Shown here: positions 43,444 through 55,416 of the stretch, in pieces
How the letters are laid out: every line of letters begins with the position of its first letter
Position numbering within the stretch: position 1 is the stretch's first letter
Virus record (IMG/VR): IMGVR_UViG_3300027820_000029
Coordinates: 14,039 to 78,038 of that record
From: a virus
Lineage: Duplodnaviria; Caudoviricetes
Direction: 5' to 3' (one strand)
Length of the DNA stretch: 64,000 bases
Made by a program: the position numbers and the translations under genes
Notes under the pieces: model-generated
Seen by the model: only the letters and a program-made list of their open reading frames with translations
Database searches by the model: none
Told to the model about the DNA's origin: nothing

Positions 43444-46400
43444 ATGACAACAGTTTCAGAACAAGAGTATCTGCTAAAAGTTGTGACTAAGGGATTAGGA
43501 GAAGCTGTAGCTGAAATAAAAACTTTAAATAAAAATATGGAAAAATCCGCCAAAGCTACAGGGAAGGCGAGTGAATCATATGAAACTCTTGGTGGCACAA
43601 CGGATAAATATGGTAGAGCAATAAAGGGGGTAGGCCATTTAACCAACAATGCGACCAAAAGTTTTTCAAAAATGTCGCAAGGCATGCAATCGGGTCTAGT
43701 ACCTGCATACGCGACCGTCGCCGCAAATGTATTTGCCCTTACGGCTGCATTCGGTGCACTAAGCAGAGCTGCTGATTTACAAATATTAATAGAATCTGCT
43801 GAAATATTGGCTACACAAACAGGTAGGTCGCTTGTTGGCTTAGCTAATAATATGAAGGCCATTACTGATGGTGCTTTATCTATGAAAGATGCACTTACAA
43901 GTGCATCTATTGCTGCATCTGCCGGATTTGACAATACTACTATTAAAGAACTTACACAGGTAGCTAGAAATGCTTCAGTAGCACTCGGCAGAGATTTAAC
44001 AGACTCTATGAATCGAGTATTCAAAGGTGCTATAAAGGCTGAGCCCGAATTATTAGATGAATTAGGCATTATACTTAGATTAGAACCTGCAACTAATAAA
44101 TATGCTGCAAGTCTAGGAAAGGCTGCTTCAGAATTAACAACATTCGAAAAGCAGCAAGCAGTTGTAAATGCAGTTTTAGAGCAAGGTCAAGATAAATTCG
44201 CTACCTTTGGTGATGTAGATACTAATCCATATACTAAATTAGCTGCAGCTTTTCAAGACATAGCTAATAGTTTAATAACACTTATAGCTACACCAATAGC
44301 TGGATTTTTAGAATTTTTTACTGAGAATACTACGGCATTAACTGCTGCAATTATTATATTTGCTAATAGTGTATTAAAAACAGCTATTCCTGCTTTAACT
44401 TCTTTAGAACGTAATATAACTGATGTTATAGATAAAGGTTTTGCTAAATTAAGTATTAGTACTGCTGTTAAGAAAATGAAAGAGGAGTTGGATGGTACTT
44501 TAAGACGCCCAGAGTTTGATAAAGGTATTCTAACTTCAATTGTAGAGGATGAAGTAAAGAATTTAGGAGAGATAGGAAGTGAAGCTGGTAAAGCTTTAGG
44601 AGCCGGTTTAACATCTATCTTAGATGATCCTTCTATTTCAGATAAAGAAAAATTTTCAAAAATTTACTTAAATGCAGATTCTGCTATTACAAGTTTAAAA
44701 AATAACACAGAGGCACTAGGGCAAGTATCTAAAGAAGAATTAGGAGCTATAGTTACTACAGCGGAAGCCGCTAAAGAAGCATTACGTAAAATGGGTGTAC
44801 CTGTAAGTGTATTTAGAGAGCGTATTGCAGATTTGGGAACAATTATTAAAAAAAATATACCTTTTGCTGCAACTTTAGCAAACTCATTTAGTAATTTTGT
44901 TAAATTAACTAAAGCTGGTATATCTTCTGGATTTGCTGCAGGACTATCAGAAGGATTTAGCGGAATAACTAAAGCTGTTATACTAGCTAATTTAAAATTT
45001 GAAGAATATGCTAGACTTGGAAATGAAGTAGGTAAAACAAATCAATTTATAAATATTACTTTAATACGATTATCTGGTGTTTTTGGTACAGTATTAAAAG
45101 GTATAAATACTTTAATACCTATTATAGGTCAATTAACTATAGCTTGGTCACTTCTTAGCAGTGGATATTTATTTTTCTTAAATTTATTTAGAGATGAAGA
45201 AAAATTTGATAATATTACTAAAGCTTTTGAAGATCAAGAAAAAGCATTAAAAACAGCAGAAAAAGCAATTAAAAAATATAATATAGAATTAAAGCCTTTA
45301 TTAGATACAACAGATAATGTAACTAAAAAACTAGAACTACAAAAAAATGTATTATTAGAATTAACTAATACTATGGAAGATTCTATAGATAATGTAAATG
45401 TTGAAGATTTTGGCTTCTTTGGTGCTGATTTAGATGATTTTACAGATAATATAGTAAAAATGTCAGATGCATTAAGTGATTTAGGTGCAACTGATGAAGT
45501 AAATGTTATATTAAGAGAGTTTAATAACTTAACAAACTTAAGTGCAAAAGAAGCAATAAAAGCAGGCAGAGATTTTGCTAATTTATCTAAAGAAATGTAT
45601 AATTTAGCAGATGCAACTAATGAAGCTAATGAAGGACTAAAAAAAGCATTTGATGAATTACATAAAGGTTTTGAAAATATACAAGGAAGTTTGCCTACTC
45701 TAACAGGAATAGAACAAACATTTGTATCTTTATCAGAAATTTTATCTCGACAAGTATTTACTGATGCTATAACATTTGGATCAAATTTAGAAACTCTTAG
45801 GGCTTATGAAATAGAATTATTAGGAATTGGTGAGGCACAAAAGTCTTTATTAGCAATATCAGGAGCTTTAGAACATGTTGAAGGAGTAAGACAATCTCAA
45901 ATAGAAGAAAATACCAAAAAAATAGCTAAGGAAGCAAAAGAAATATCTTCTATAACAAATATGTGGAAGCAAGGCGCAGAAGCGCTTAAAGCTTTAATGG
46001 ATCCAGATATAACATATGAACATAGATCTATAAAGGTTATAGAGAATGAAACTACTGAAGCTACTAAAGCTATTGATGATCTTGGTAATTCTATAGAAAG
46101 ACTTCGTAGAGAAGCTAAAAAAGATATTGAAATTATAACAAATGCAATAAGAGAATTAGTTGAAGAATTAAATTTATTAATAAATGCACAATTAGAATAT
46201 TCTAGACAAGTTCAACAATTAGATTTTGAAAAATCTTTACCTGGCGTTAGTTTTGCAGAGAGTTTAAAATTATCTAGTAAAATAATGGATATAAATATAG
46301 CTAAATTAAAAATATTAAAAACACAAGCAGACTTAGTAAATACAGCAAATAAAAAGACTATAGAAAGTACAGAAGAAGCTATAAATAAGGTACAAAATCC

Positions 46401-49400
46401 TATAACAGATCATTTGGATTATGCAGAGTTTGCTAAACTTGAAAAAGATGCAGAAACAGCACAACAGACTAAGAATAAAGCATTAATAAAAGAGTTACAA
46501 CTTAAATCTCAATTAGGAGATTTAGAACTTGAAATAAATAAAGTAAGAATTAATGAATTTAAAATGTTGAAAGGTTATATTATAGAGTTAGCCGCTTTAG
46601 TATCTAAAGGAATTTGGATCCCACCTGGAGCTCAAGAAGCTACAGCTAAATTAAAAGAACTTTATTCTCAAATTACAGGGTATAGTGCTGAGATATTGGA
46701 AAATAATTTTAAATCATTTTTATACTATAATGAGGCTTTAAGTAGAGTTAATGCTACAGCTTTAGGATTGTATAATCAAACAGAAGAAATAAAGCGGAGA
46801 ACTGAAGCCCTTAAAGAGGAAAGTAAGGTTTTAAAAACTAATCTTACTATTTCAGATGATTTAATTGAAAGTGCGGTTAATTTAGAAATAGCAAGAACAG
46901 AAGCACAGTCAGATGCTCTTAAAGGAGCATTATATGCTAATAGGATACCTGGAGATGTAAGTAGCGGTCTTGCAATAGGTGCAGATAGTGATGAGCGCAA
47001 AAAATTAGGAGCAATTTTAAAGGAATTAGCTGTAAAAGAAGTTGAATTAGAAAAACAAAAAACAGCACTGGTAAATAAACAATTAGAACAAGAAAATATA
47101 AAAATTAAACTACAACAGGATTCTATAAGGTCTACACTTAGGGAAGGATTATTTATATCTAAAGCTAAAGAAATACAAATTAAACAAGAAGAAGAATTAT
47201 TAGCTTTATCAAAACGTACAAAGGAATATAATACAGCAGGATATAAAGAACAAGAAAAACTTATAAAAGAAAGAGCTAAATTAGCATATAAAACAGATTT
47301 AAATGCAGATCTAGGAGCAGCTACTGAGTCAGCTAGAGAATTTTCAGATGTAATGGAAACATTAGCTGATAGGTTAGAAAATTTAGGAAGTTCAACAGAT
47401 AAATTTAGGGCTGGATTAGTAGCTATTGCTGAAATATCTGTATTATCAGATTCAGAAACTGCAATTGGTTTATCTCAGTTAGCTATATTAACTGAAGAAT
47501 TTGGATCTCAAACTGAAGAAGTTAGAAAAAGTTTTGAAGCTATGGCATTATTTGCTGCTGGTGCAGCAGGTGCATTAGCTAATGCCTTTGAAGAGGGATC
47601 TACCGCTGCAGAAACATTTCAAGTTATACAAACAGGTTTAGCATTAGTATCGGCTGTTAGAGCAGTTATGGAACAAGGTACTGGTGGTGATCCATATACA
47701 GCATTTGCTAGAATGGCTGCTATGGCTGCCGCTGCCGCTGCATTACTCAGCCAAATTAATGTCTCCTTTAGTGGGGGAGGTGGTGGATTTACTGCAGCAG
47801 AACCGGCAACTTTCCAAGATCAATTTGGAGCACAAGGTGCTCAAGGAATAGATTTACAAACTAATTCTCTAAGAGATTCTATTGATGCATTAGTAGATAT
47901 AGATACAGATTTATTCGGTGTTAATAGAGACTTAAAGATTAGTATAGTTAATTTAAATAGAACTTTTGATGCTCTTGGTGCTGCTGTATTTAATCAATCT
48001 GGTGATTTCTCAGCTGGCAATATATTAGACCAATTTGGAATTCAGTTTGGTACTGAACTTAAAGGTGGATCTTTTGGCGGACTTTTTGGTAGTTCAACTA
48101 AGACAAATGAATTATTAGCTGCGGGTATTCAATTCGGAGCTACTATAGGATTAGTAGGTGATACATTAGGTGGTTCAATAATAGATGCCGATGCTTATAT
48201 AACACAACAAATAACAAAAACTAAAAGTAGTTTCTTTGGTGGTAGTAAAACAAAAGTAAGAATAGAAACTAGTGTTTCAGAATTAGAACCAAGAGTTGGA
48301 AAAGCATTACAAGATGCTTTAGATATTACATTAGATACTTTATTAGGATTATTTGAATCTTTAGGTTCAGATATACCTAAATTATTGAGTGGGTTTGCCG
48401 GATTAGATATAGATGTAACAAAGTTAGATTTATCTGGTAAATCTGCTAAAGATCAGTCAGATACTATAGCAGCATTCTTTTCTAATTTAACAAATGAACT
48501 TATTGATGATTTAGTTCCAGGATTAGAGGCCTTTACTAAAGCCGGGGAAGAGCTTACAGATACATTAATTAGAATAAGTACAGAAACTCAAGAATTAAAT
48601 ACATCTTTTTCTACTATAGGATTAAAAATATCAGACTTTGGATTATTTGATAATATAGAAGAAGATTATAATACTTTTATTACTAATATACCAGCAGGTG
48701 TAGCTACAATTAATCAAGATATACAAGATCAAATAGATGCTATAGAAGCTACTAAATTTGTTCCGCCTGTTTTAGATACTACAGATAGTGGTTATCTTAT
48801 AGATAATAAACGAATATTTGAAGCAACACTCAAAACTAAATCAGAGTTTGAAAAAAATAAACGAGAAGCAATTGCTGCATTAGAAGAAGATTTATATTCT
48901 ATTACTAGTGCCGTTGTTCCTACTATAGAAGCTTTTAAAGTATTAACTTTAGCTGCATGGAATGAAGCATTTTTATCTGGTTTTGAAAATGTAGATGAAA
49001 TGTCAGATATTAGTGAAAGATTTTATACTGCATTATTTTCAGAACAAGAATTAGCAGATATAGCTGTAACAAATGCCGAAGATGTTGTTGGTAAAGGAAT
49101 AGCAGAATTAGCTGGTGTATTATATAAACAAGGATTTGGTGAGTTTGCAAACTTATTATCTGAAGATATGTCTACTGAAGATTTAAGAGATATCTTTGAT
49201 GTTTTAACAGAAATAGGGGCTTTTGCTTCTGTAGAAGGTGCAGCACTACTTGGAATATTTGTTAGAGCTGGAGTAGCCGTTGGTGACTTAGAAATTGCTA
49301 TAGAAGAAGCAGTTGAAGAAGTAAATAATTTAAATCAACAATATGAAAGACAAATTGCATTATTTGGTCTATTAGGGAAAGAATTAGATTTATTACAATT

Positions 49401-50727
49401 AGATTTTGATTTTGCAGATGCATTAACAGAAGCCGAAGAAACAGGTACTGATATAGCATTAGTAGAAACCTATTATGGATTAGAAAGACTACAGATTATA
49501 AAAGATTATAATGATCAAATATTAGCAGAATTTGAATCAGTATTTAGTGCAATTTCTGATAGTGTTTTATCTGTATCTAGAGATATATCTACTTGGGATG
49601 AGTTAGCATATCAAAGTGCAAAAATAGAAAAGATATTAAGTAAATTAATACCAACACTTAAAACTCCTATAAATGTACAAAGTTTATTACAAGCATATGA
49701 TTTTGATGCAATATTTGAAGAGATATTTGCTTTTGAAGATATAATTACTCCAGAAAATATAAGTGAACAAATAACTTTAGTTGAAGATTTAAGAACTGCT
49801 GTAATTGCTAGATATGAAGCAGAAAAAGAAGCTATTAATGAAATTGAAGAATTAATAGAAAATTTAGAAGATTTTATTGGGGATATAAGTGATTTTATTG
49901 ATAGTCTATTTGTACAAGAAATATCTCCAACAACAAGTTATGAAAAATTAATAGAGTCTGAAAGACAATTTAAAGAAGATCTTAAAAATATATATAGCAA
50001 AGATAAAGATATAGCTGCGCAAGCACGTGAAAATATACTATCTAGTGCTGAAACTTATTTAGGATTAGCTAATGAATTCTTTTCTATAGGAGATGGATTT
50101 AAAGAAATATTTGATTTTGTTGTAAAGTCTTTAAGAAGCGTAGAACATCTTACTGAAGGTAAATTAGGCAGAGTACAAAATAAAGAAGAAGACCTAGATG
50201 ATATAGCAAAAGATACATTAGAACAATTAGGCGTATTAGATAATATTTTAGATGAATTAGTATCTATGAATGATATTGCTTTTGCTAATGAAGTTGAAGA
50301 AGCTGCTTTATATATAGGAGATGCTATTGGAGCAGTAGAAACTAAGTTACAAACATTAAATGATAGTACATGGGAACCTATATTACATATATTAGAAAGT
50401 ATGGGTAGTTTTGAAGCAGGTGCAGAAAATGTAGAACAAAGTCAATTAGCATTTGTTCATAAAGGAGAAGCTATATTATCACAAAATAGTGCTAATTTAT
50501 TACGTAGTGGTGAACTATCATTAATTAGTAAAGCCCCAGAACAGAGAGCAATTCAAGCAAACGTAGATAATAGTAATATTGTAGAAGCTATAAATATACT
50601 TACTCAAGTAGTAGCTGCGGGTAATGAAGAAAACTTAGAACAAACAGAAAAAATAGCAGAAGCTACATCTCTTATAAGTGAATATAAACCAATGAAAAGA
50701 GCTGTTTCTGTAGAGAGACTTATATAA
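43444..50727 (+). CDS. Tape measure protein, T5 pb2-like
   Basis: 2427 aa, helical; GLVPAYATVAANVFALTAAF and IKAEPELLDELGI; C-terminal AFVHKGEAIL. Confidence 0.92.
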   Translation: MTTVSEQEYLLKVVTKGLGEAVAEIKTLNKNMEKSAKATGKASESYETLGGTTDKYGRAIKGVGHLTNNATKSFSKMSQGMQSGLVPAYATVAANVFALTAAFGALSRAADLQILIESAEILATQTGRSLVGLANNMKAITDGALSMKDALTSASIAASAGFDNTTIKELTQVARNASVALGRDLTDSMNRVFKGAIKAEPELLDELGIILRLEPATNKYAASLGKAASELTTFEKQQAVVNAVLEQGQDKFATFGDVDTNPYTKLAAAFQDIANSLITLIATPIAGFLEFFTENTTALTAAIIIFANSVLKTAIPALTSLERNITDVIDKGFAKLSISTAVKKMKEELDGTLRRPEFDKGILTSIVEDEVKNLGEIGSEAGKALGAGLTSILDDPSISDKEKFSKIYLNADSAITSLKNNTEALGQVSKEELGAIVTTAEAAKEALRKMGVPVSVFRERIADLGTIIKKNIPFAATLANSFSNFVKLTKAGISSGFAAGLSEGFSGITKAVILANLKFEEYARLGNEVGKTNQFINITLIRLSGVFGTVLKGINTLIPIIGQLTIAWSLLSSGYLFFLNLFRDEEKFDNITKAFEDQEKALKTAEKAIKKYNIELKPLLDTTDNVTKKLELQKNVLLELTNTMEDSIDNVNVEDFGFFGADLDDFTDNIVKMSDALSDLGATDEVNVILREFNNLTNLSAKEAIKAGRDFANLSKEMYNLADATNEANEGLKKAFDELHKGFENIQGSLPTLTGIEQTFVSLSEILSRQVFTDAITFGSNLETLRAYEIELLGIGEAQKSLLAISGALEHVEGVRQSQIEENTKKIAKEAKEISSITNMWKQGAEALKALMDPDITYEHRSIKVIENETTEATKAIDDLGNSIERLRREAKKDIEIITNAIRELVEELNLLINAQLEYSRQVQQLDFEKSLPGVSFAESLKLSSKIMDINIAKLKILKTQADLVNTANKKTIESTEEAINKVQNPITDHLDYAEFAKLEKDAETAQQTKNKALIKELQLKSQLGDLELEINKVRINEFKMLKGYIIELAALVSKGIWIPPGAQEATAKLKELYSQITGYSAEILENNFKSFLYYNEALSRVNATALGLYNQTEEIKRRTEALKEESKVLKTNLTISDDLIESAVNLEIARTEAQSDALKGALYANRIPGDVSSGLAIGADSDERKKLGAILKELAVKEVELEKQKTALVNKQLEQENIKIKLQQDSIRSTLREGLFISKAKEIQIKQEEELLALSKRTKEYNTAGYKEQEKLIKERAKLAYKTDLNADLGAATESAREFSDVMETLADRLENLGSSTDKFRAGLVAIAEISVLSDSETAIGLSQLAILTEEFGSQTEEVRKSFEAMALFAAGAAGALANAFEEGSTAAETFQVIQTGLALVSAVRAVMEQGTGGDPYTAFARMAAMAAAAAALLSQINVSFSGGGGGFTAAEPATFQDQFGAQGAQGIDLQTNSLRDSIDALVDIDTDLFGVNRDLKISIVNLNRTFDALGAAVFNQSGDFSAGNILDQFGIQFGTELKGGSFGGLFGSSTKTNELLAAGIQFGATIGLVGDTLGGSIIDADAYITQQITKTKSSFFGGSKTKVRIETSVSELEPRVGKALQDALDITLDTLLGLFESLGSDIPKLLSGFAGLDIDVTKLDLSGKSAKDQSDTIAAFFSNLTNELIDDLVPGLEAFTKAGEELTDTLIRISTETQELNTSFSTIGLKISDFGLFDNIEEDYNTFITNIPAGVATINQDIQDQIDAIEATKFVPPVLDTTDSGYLIDNKRIFEATLKTKSEFEKNKREAIAALEEDLYSITSAVVPTIEAFKVLTLAAWNEAFLSGFENVDEMSDISERFYTALFSEQELADIAVTNAEDVVGKGIAELAGVLYKQGFGEFANLLSEDMSTEDLRDIFDVLTEIGAFASVEGAALLGIFVRAGVAVGDLEIAIEEAVEEVNNLNQQYERQIALFGLLGKELDLLQLDFDFADALTEAEETGTDIALVETYYGLERLQIIKDYNDQILAEFESVFSAISDSVLSVSRDISTWDELAYQSAKIEKILSKLIPTLKTPINVQSLLQAYDFDAIFEEIFAFEDIITPENISEQITLVEDLRTAVIARYEAEKEAINEIEELIENLEDFIGDISDFIDSLFVQEISPTTSYEKLIESERQFKEDLKNIYSKDKDIAAQARENILSSAETYLGLANEFFSIGDGFKEIFDFVVKSLRSVEHLTEGKLGRVQNKEEDLDDIAKDTLEQLGVLDNILDELVSMNDIAFANEVEEAALYIGDAIGAVETKLQTLNDSTWEPILHILESMGSFEAGAENVEQSQLAFVHKGEAILSQNSANLLRSGELSLISKAPEQRAIQANVDNSNIVEAINILTQVVAAGNEENLEQTEKIAEATSLISEYKPMKRAVSVERLI

Positions 50728-52703
50728 TGGGAGCAGTTGTAGCTGTTACAGATGTATTACCAGATATTACTAAAAATAGCGGTCCAGTTTGGTATCCTAT
50801 AACCTATTTTACTGATAATGATGAAGATCCAGTAGGCGAAGGATTAGTATTAACTATAGTATCTCCCGCTCCTGTTGGTTGTACTGCTGTAATAGATGCA
50901 TTAGGTACTAGTGTAGTAGTAACTCCTAATTATAATCATACAGGAGCAATAAGTTTTAATTATAGAGTTACAGATACGGAAGATGATAATGATGAAGTAT
51001 CTGTAACTGGAACAGTAACTACAGAAGTAGTATTGCCTAATGTAGTATTACCAAATGAAGCTAATACAGAATGGTTAAGTAAAGATAATCATAAAATTGT
51101 TTTAATAGATGTTGCTTATCATGATGGTGAAACTGAAAAAGTAAAATATTTTAGTTCTTATCCTTATATAATGACCTTTAATGAAGTTCCTTATGTAAAT
51201 ATAATTGGTGAAACTATAAGTAATGTTGGTTATAATGATGTTATTATTAGGACTCCTATATTATCATCTCAAATGGATTCCTCAACTAATGCAGGATTAA
51301 TTGAATTATTAAATGTTAATGCAGAGTTTGATGATTTATTAAATTATGCTTGGGAGGGTCATTCTATAGGTATTTACCTAGGAGAACCTTCATGGGCACG
51401 AGGTAGATTTTTACAAATATTTGAGGGTGTTGTAGAAACATTTACAGCTCCAAGTAGTGATTCATTAGCTATTAATATTATAGATAAAGCCGAAACATTA
51501 AATGTATCTATGCAAGATAAATTTATAAATACAGATGATGATTATCTTGGTACTTTATATGATAGTTCACCTACTCAACCAGTTTTTACAGGATTTACAC
51601 AAGGAGAATATGATGGAAGAACTATACCAGAAGGTATAGAAAATTCTCCTGTACCTATATGCTTAGGTAAATGTTTTAATGTAACACCAGTTAATATAGA
51701 CTCTAGTAATCATATATATCAAATACATGATGGTCCAATTGAAGAAATAACAGAAGTAAGAGCTAATGGAAATGAAGTGACTGATTATGAAGCTAATTTA
51801 GATATTGGATGTTTTAAGTTAGCAACATATGAATTTGATAATCCTACTATTACTTGCGATGTTATAGGGCAAGCTTCTAGATCTGCGCTAGCTCAAGTAT
51901 TAGGATTATATCCATATGCTGTAACATTACATAGTGTAGCATATATAGTAGAATGGATATTATTAGAAAAAACTGCTGTTGTAATAGGTGATTTATGTAC
52001 TACAACATTTCCTAAAACTGGTATAAATGGTTTTGAGACAACATGTGGGATATATATAACAGAGGAAACTTCTGTAGCTGATGCAATACGTGAAATAATG
52101 GATTCTATAAGTGGTTATTTAAGATTTTCTAAGCCACCAAGTATTGTACAATTACTAAGAATAGTAGATCCTAGTGATGGAGAAATAGCAAGTGCTGAAC
52201 TTAAACAGGATCAAATATTAGAAAGAGGACTTTCTTTAGTTAATATAGAAATACCTAAAAAATCTATAAATTTAGGGTATGCAAAAAATTGGACAGTTCA
52301 AGATCCTGATGGATTAGCTGGAGTAGTAGTAGAGGATTTATTAGAGTTATATTCTAAAATAACAAAAGAATATCTTAATGCTATATCGGAAACAAGTATA
52401 TCAAATATAGATGATTTATATCCATTGCTTAAAGAAAGCGAAGTTATAGGCACACTTATTTCAGATAATATATCTACAGATTTTTGGGCTCAAACAGAAG
52501 CAGATAGAAGAATGGGGCTTAGAGAAGTGAAAAGGTTTATTTATAGAATAGAAGCAACAGCTACTCCCTTTACTATAGCTGTTGGAGATATAATATATAT
52601 AACTCATCCTAGATATAATTTTACTGATGGGAAACATGCTCTAGTAATTGGACTTGAAGAAGATCCTATAAATAAAAGAGTAACTTTAGAGGTATGGTTA
52701 TAA
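50727..52703 (+). CDS. Tail tip / hub protein with N-terminal cadherin-like Ig domain
   Basis: SFNYRVTDTEDD Ig-like module; PVPICLGKCFNVTPV hub-type motif. Confidence 0.75.
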   Translation: MGAVVAVTDVLPDITKNSGPVWYPITYFTDNDEDPVGEGLVLTIVSPAPVGCTAVIDALGTSVVVTPNYNHTGAISFNYRVTDTEDDNDEVSVTGTVTTEVVLPNVVLPNEANTEWLSKDNHKIVLIDVAYHDGETEKVKYFSSYPYIMTFNEVPYVNIIGETISNVGYNDVIIRTPILSSQMDSSTNAGLIELLNVNAEFDDLLNYAWEGHSIGIYLGEPSWARGRFLQIFEGVVETFTAPSSDSLAINIIDKAETLNVSMQDKFINTDDDYLGTLYDSSPTQPVFTGFTQGEYDGRTIPEGIENSPVPICLGKCFNVTPVNIDSSNHIYQIHDGPIEEITEVRANGNEVTDYEANLDIGCFKLATYEFDNPTITCDVIGQASRSALAQVLGLYPYAVTLHSVAYIVEWILLEKTAVVIGDLCTTTFPKTGINGFETTCGIYITEETSVADAIREIMDSISGYLRFSKPPSIVQLLRIVDPSDGEIASAELKQDQILERGLSLVNIEIPKKSINLGYAKNWTVQDPDGLAGVVVEDLLELYSKITKEYLNAISETSISNIDDLYPLLKESEVIGTLISDNISTDFWAQTEADRRMGLREVKRFIYRIEATATPFTIAVGDIIYITHPRYNFTDGKHALVIGLEEDPINKRVTLEVWL

Positions 52704-54145
52704 TGAGTAATGCTAGATTTTTGTTACAAAATTATTCTGATAAATCAACATTATATTCATATCTTCATGATTATAATGAAATAGCAATATCTAATGTAAG
52801 CGTAGGATCAGTATCTGATGTAGGTATGCTAGACTATACAAATTTTACTTTTATAACAGATACACAAGGTGATGCAACAACTAAAGAAGAATCTAGAATT
52901 ATAACTAGAGCAGACGTTGCAGGGAATTTAGCAGGAAATTGGTTTTCTATACATACTCCTACAACAGATCCATATTTTTATTATTATGTTTGGTATAATA
53001 GTGGGGCTACACAAGAGCCAAATCATGGAAGCTCTCCAATTGGTATAGAAGTTTTATATGAAGCAAATGATAATGCTAATATAATTGCATATAAAACAAT
53101 GATAGCAATGTCTGCAATACCAGATATATTAATAAATACAGGTGCTTGGAATACACTCTTAGTAGAAAATACACAAAATATTGTAAAATCTAAGGTATTT
53201 CGTACTATTAATGAATCTGATATAGAAATATTTGGTCAATTATCATATGCATATGATGTTTCTGCAATGATTTTAGCTAGACATAATTTTACACTATTTA
53301 CTAGATATAGATTAAGATTGTTCAGTGATTATGCTGGTACAGCATCTAATCTATTATTTGAATCAAATAATAGATTAATTGAAACTGGAGAAATAGGATC
53401 AGATTTATTTGGTTGGGGTGAATTTGTTTGGGGTAATGCTGCATGGGGTGGTGATAAAGCTAAAGATCCTGCAGATGTTGAATTTACTCCTGCACCTAAT
53501 TTAGTGTATTGGTTAGATCAAGTAATTTCGGATGTTAAATCTTTTAAAATTAATTTATCTATAACTGGTAGTATTAGTGGAACTAGTCCTTTATATGTAA
53601 ATAGAACTGATATTGATTGTCATACAGCAGCAGTAGATGCGCATAGTACAGGATTATCTGATGATATAAAATTTGTAAATAGAACTGATATCCCTAGTAA
53701 TGATGTTATAATAGAAGCTAATGATACAGGAAATTATGATATTATTCCAGATGCAATAGCACAAAATTTTGAAATAGGTAGAATATTTTTAGGGAAATAT
53801 ATAGAAGTACCTTATAATATAGAATTAGGTCATAATTTATCTTGGGAAGAGGATACTAAACAATATAGATCTGATGGTGGAACATTAAGATCAAATATAG
53901 AGGTTCCATATAGAAAAGTAAACTTTATATTAAGTGCTGTTCCAGAATATAGACGTGCAGAATTACAACACGGATTTAGAAATGTTGGTATGAGAAGAGA
54001 TTTCTTTATGTCTTTATTTCCTGAAAATGCTAATGAAAATAAAAATATAGATTATAGTGGAGTAGTAAAATTAATAAAGGCACCAAAATATGCAGAATTT
54101 GCAAATAATTATTTTACCTCTAAATATGTAATGGAGGAAATATAG
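52703..54145 (+). CDS. Distal-tail-like protein, paralogue 1
   Basis: MSNARFLL...FEIGRIFLG...QYRSDGGTLRSN. Confidence 0.7.
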   Translation: MSNARFLLQNYSDKSTLYSYLHDYNEIAISNVSVGSVSDVGMLDYTNFTFITDTQGDATTKEESRIITRADVAGNLAGNWFSIHTPTTDPYFYYYVWYNSGATQEPNHGSSPIGIEVLYEANDNANIIAYKTMIAMSAIPDILINTGAWNTLLVENTQNIVKSKVFRTINESDIEIFGQLSYAYDVSAMILARHNFTLFTRYRLRLFSDYAGTASNLLFESNNRLIETGEIGSDLFGWGEFVWGNAAWGGDKAKDPADVEFTPAPNLVYWLDQVISDVKSFKINLSITGSISGTSPLYVNRTDIDCHTAAVDAHSTGLSDDIKFVNRTDIPSNDVIIEANDTGNYDIIPDAIAQNFEIGRIFLGKYIEVPYNIELGHNLSWEEDTKQYRSDGGTLRSNIEVPYRKVNFILSAVPEYRRAELQHGFRNVGMRRDFFMSLFPENANENKNIDYSGVVKLIKAPKYAEFANNYFTSKYVMEEI

Positions 54146-55416
54146 TGACTAAGGCAAGATTTCTATTAGATAATTTTGGTGATAAAGCTACTATATATTC
54201 TTATCAATTAAATAGCATAGTAGATATTAGTAATATAGATATTGGAGCAGTAACAGAAGTTGGTGATGAAGATACAACATCATTTGAATTTTATAATATT
54301 GTTGTAGGATCCGAATACTTATCAAATAGAACACAAATAATAACTACTGCAGATGTATCAGATAGCTTAGATGGTACATATTTTACTATAGATACACCTA
54401 CTGATACTTATTATCTTTGGTATAGTACTAATGATTCTACAACTGTACCTACAGTATCTGGAGCAATTGGTATTAAAGTAAATATTAATACTAATGATTC
54501 AGCAACTATAATAGCAACTAAAACTAAATTAAGTTTATATACTATTAGTGATTTTTCTGTTGTAGATGGATTTACTAGTGATGAACCGATTAATAATGTA
54601 CAAAATTCTTTTAGAAATTCATATGCTAAATCAGTAAATAATACTAATATAGAGATCGTAGGAGAATTTGATAAGTTTAGACCAATTTCTTGTTTAGCAA
54701 TAGGAAGGCATAAATTACCAATTAATACTAGATATAGATTAAGATTATATAATGATGCAACTGGAGAAGATAGATATTTAAAATATGATACAGGATTTTT
54801 ATTAGTAGAAACTGACTTAACTAACTTGGCAGAAGAATTTGATCCTGATGTTACATTAGTTACTTGGCTTCCTGATATAATAGATAGTATTATTTATTTT
54901 AAATTAAATTTTTATATTGAAAATGAAACACTTTATTATACAAATACTAATGCTTCTATTCCTGCAACTAATTCCTCATTCATAGATACTAATGATGCTA
55001 ATACTAATGCAGCGGAAGATATTTCATTAGCAGAATATTTTGAATTTGGTAGGCTATTTATTGGTAAGTATACAGAAGTATTATATAATTTATCTTATGG
55101 ACATAAATTAACTTGGGAAGAAAATACTAAGCAATATAGGCCTGGATCTGGAACTTTAAGATCAGATAATAGAGATCCATTTAGAAAAATAGAATTTAAT
55201 TTATCTACTATACCAGAAGTAGATAGACCAGAGTTACAACAGGGATTTAGGACAGTGGGATTAAGAAGAGATTTTTTTCTATCATTATTTCCAACAGATG
55301 ATAGTTTAGATAAACAAGAAGACTATAGCGGTATAGTAAAATTAACGAAGGTACCAATATTTACAGAATTTGCTAATAATTATTATACTTCTAAATATAT
55401 AATAGAGGAGGTATAA
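54145..55416 (+). CDS. Distal-tail-like protein, paralogue 2
   Basis: GTG start; MTKARFLL...FEFGRLFIG...QYRPGSGTLRSD. Confidence 0.7.
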   Translation: MTKARFLLDNFGDKATIYSYQLNSIVDISNIDIGAVTEVGDEDTTSFEFYNIVVGSEYLSNRTQIITTADVSDSLDGTYFTIDTPTDTYYLWYSTNDSTTVPTVSGAIGIKVNINTNDSATIIATKTKLSLYTISDFSVVDGFTSDEPINNVQNSFRNSYAKSVNNTNIEIVGEFDKFRPISCLAIGRHKLPINTRYRLRLYNDATGEDRYLKYDTGFLLVETDLTNLAEEFDPDVTLVTWLPDIIDSIIYFKLNFYIENETLYYTNTNASIPATNSSFIDTNDANTNAAEDISLAEYFEFGRLFIGKYTEVLYNLSYGHKLTWEENTKQYRPGSGTLRSDNRDPFRKIEFNLSTIPEVDRPELQQGFRTVGLRRDFFLSLFPTDDSLDKQEDYSGIVKLTKVPIFTEFANNYYTSKYIIEEV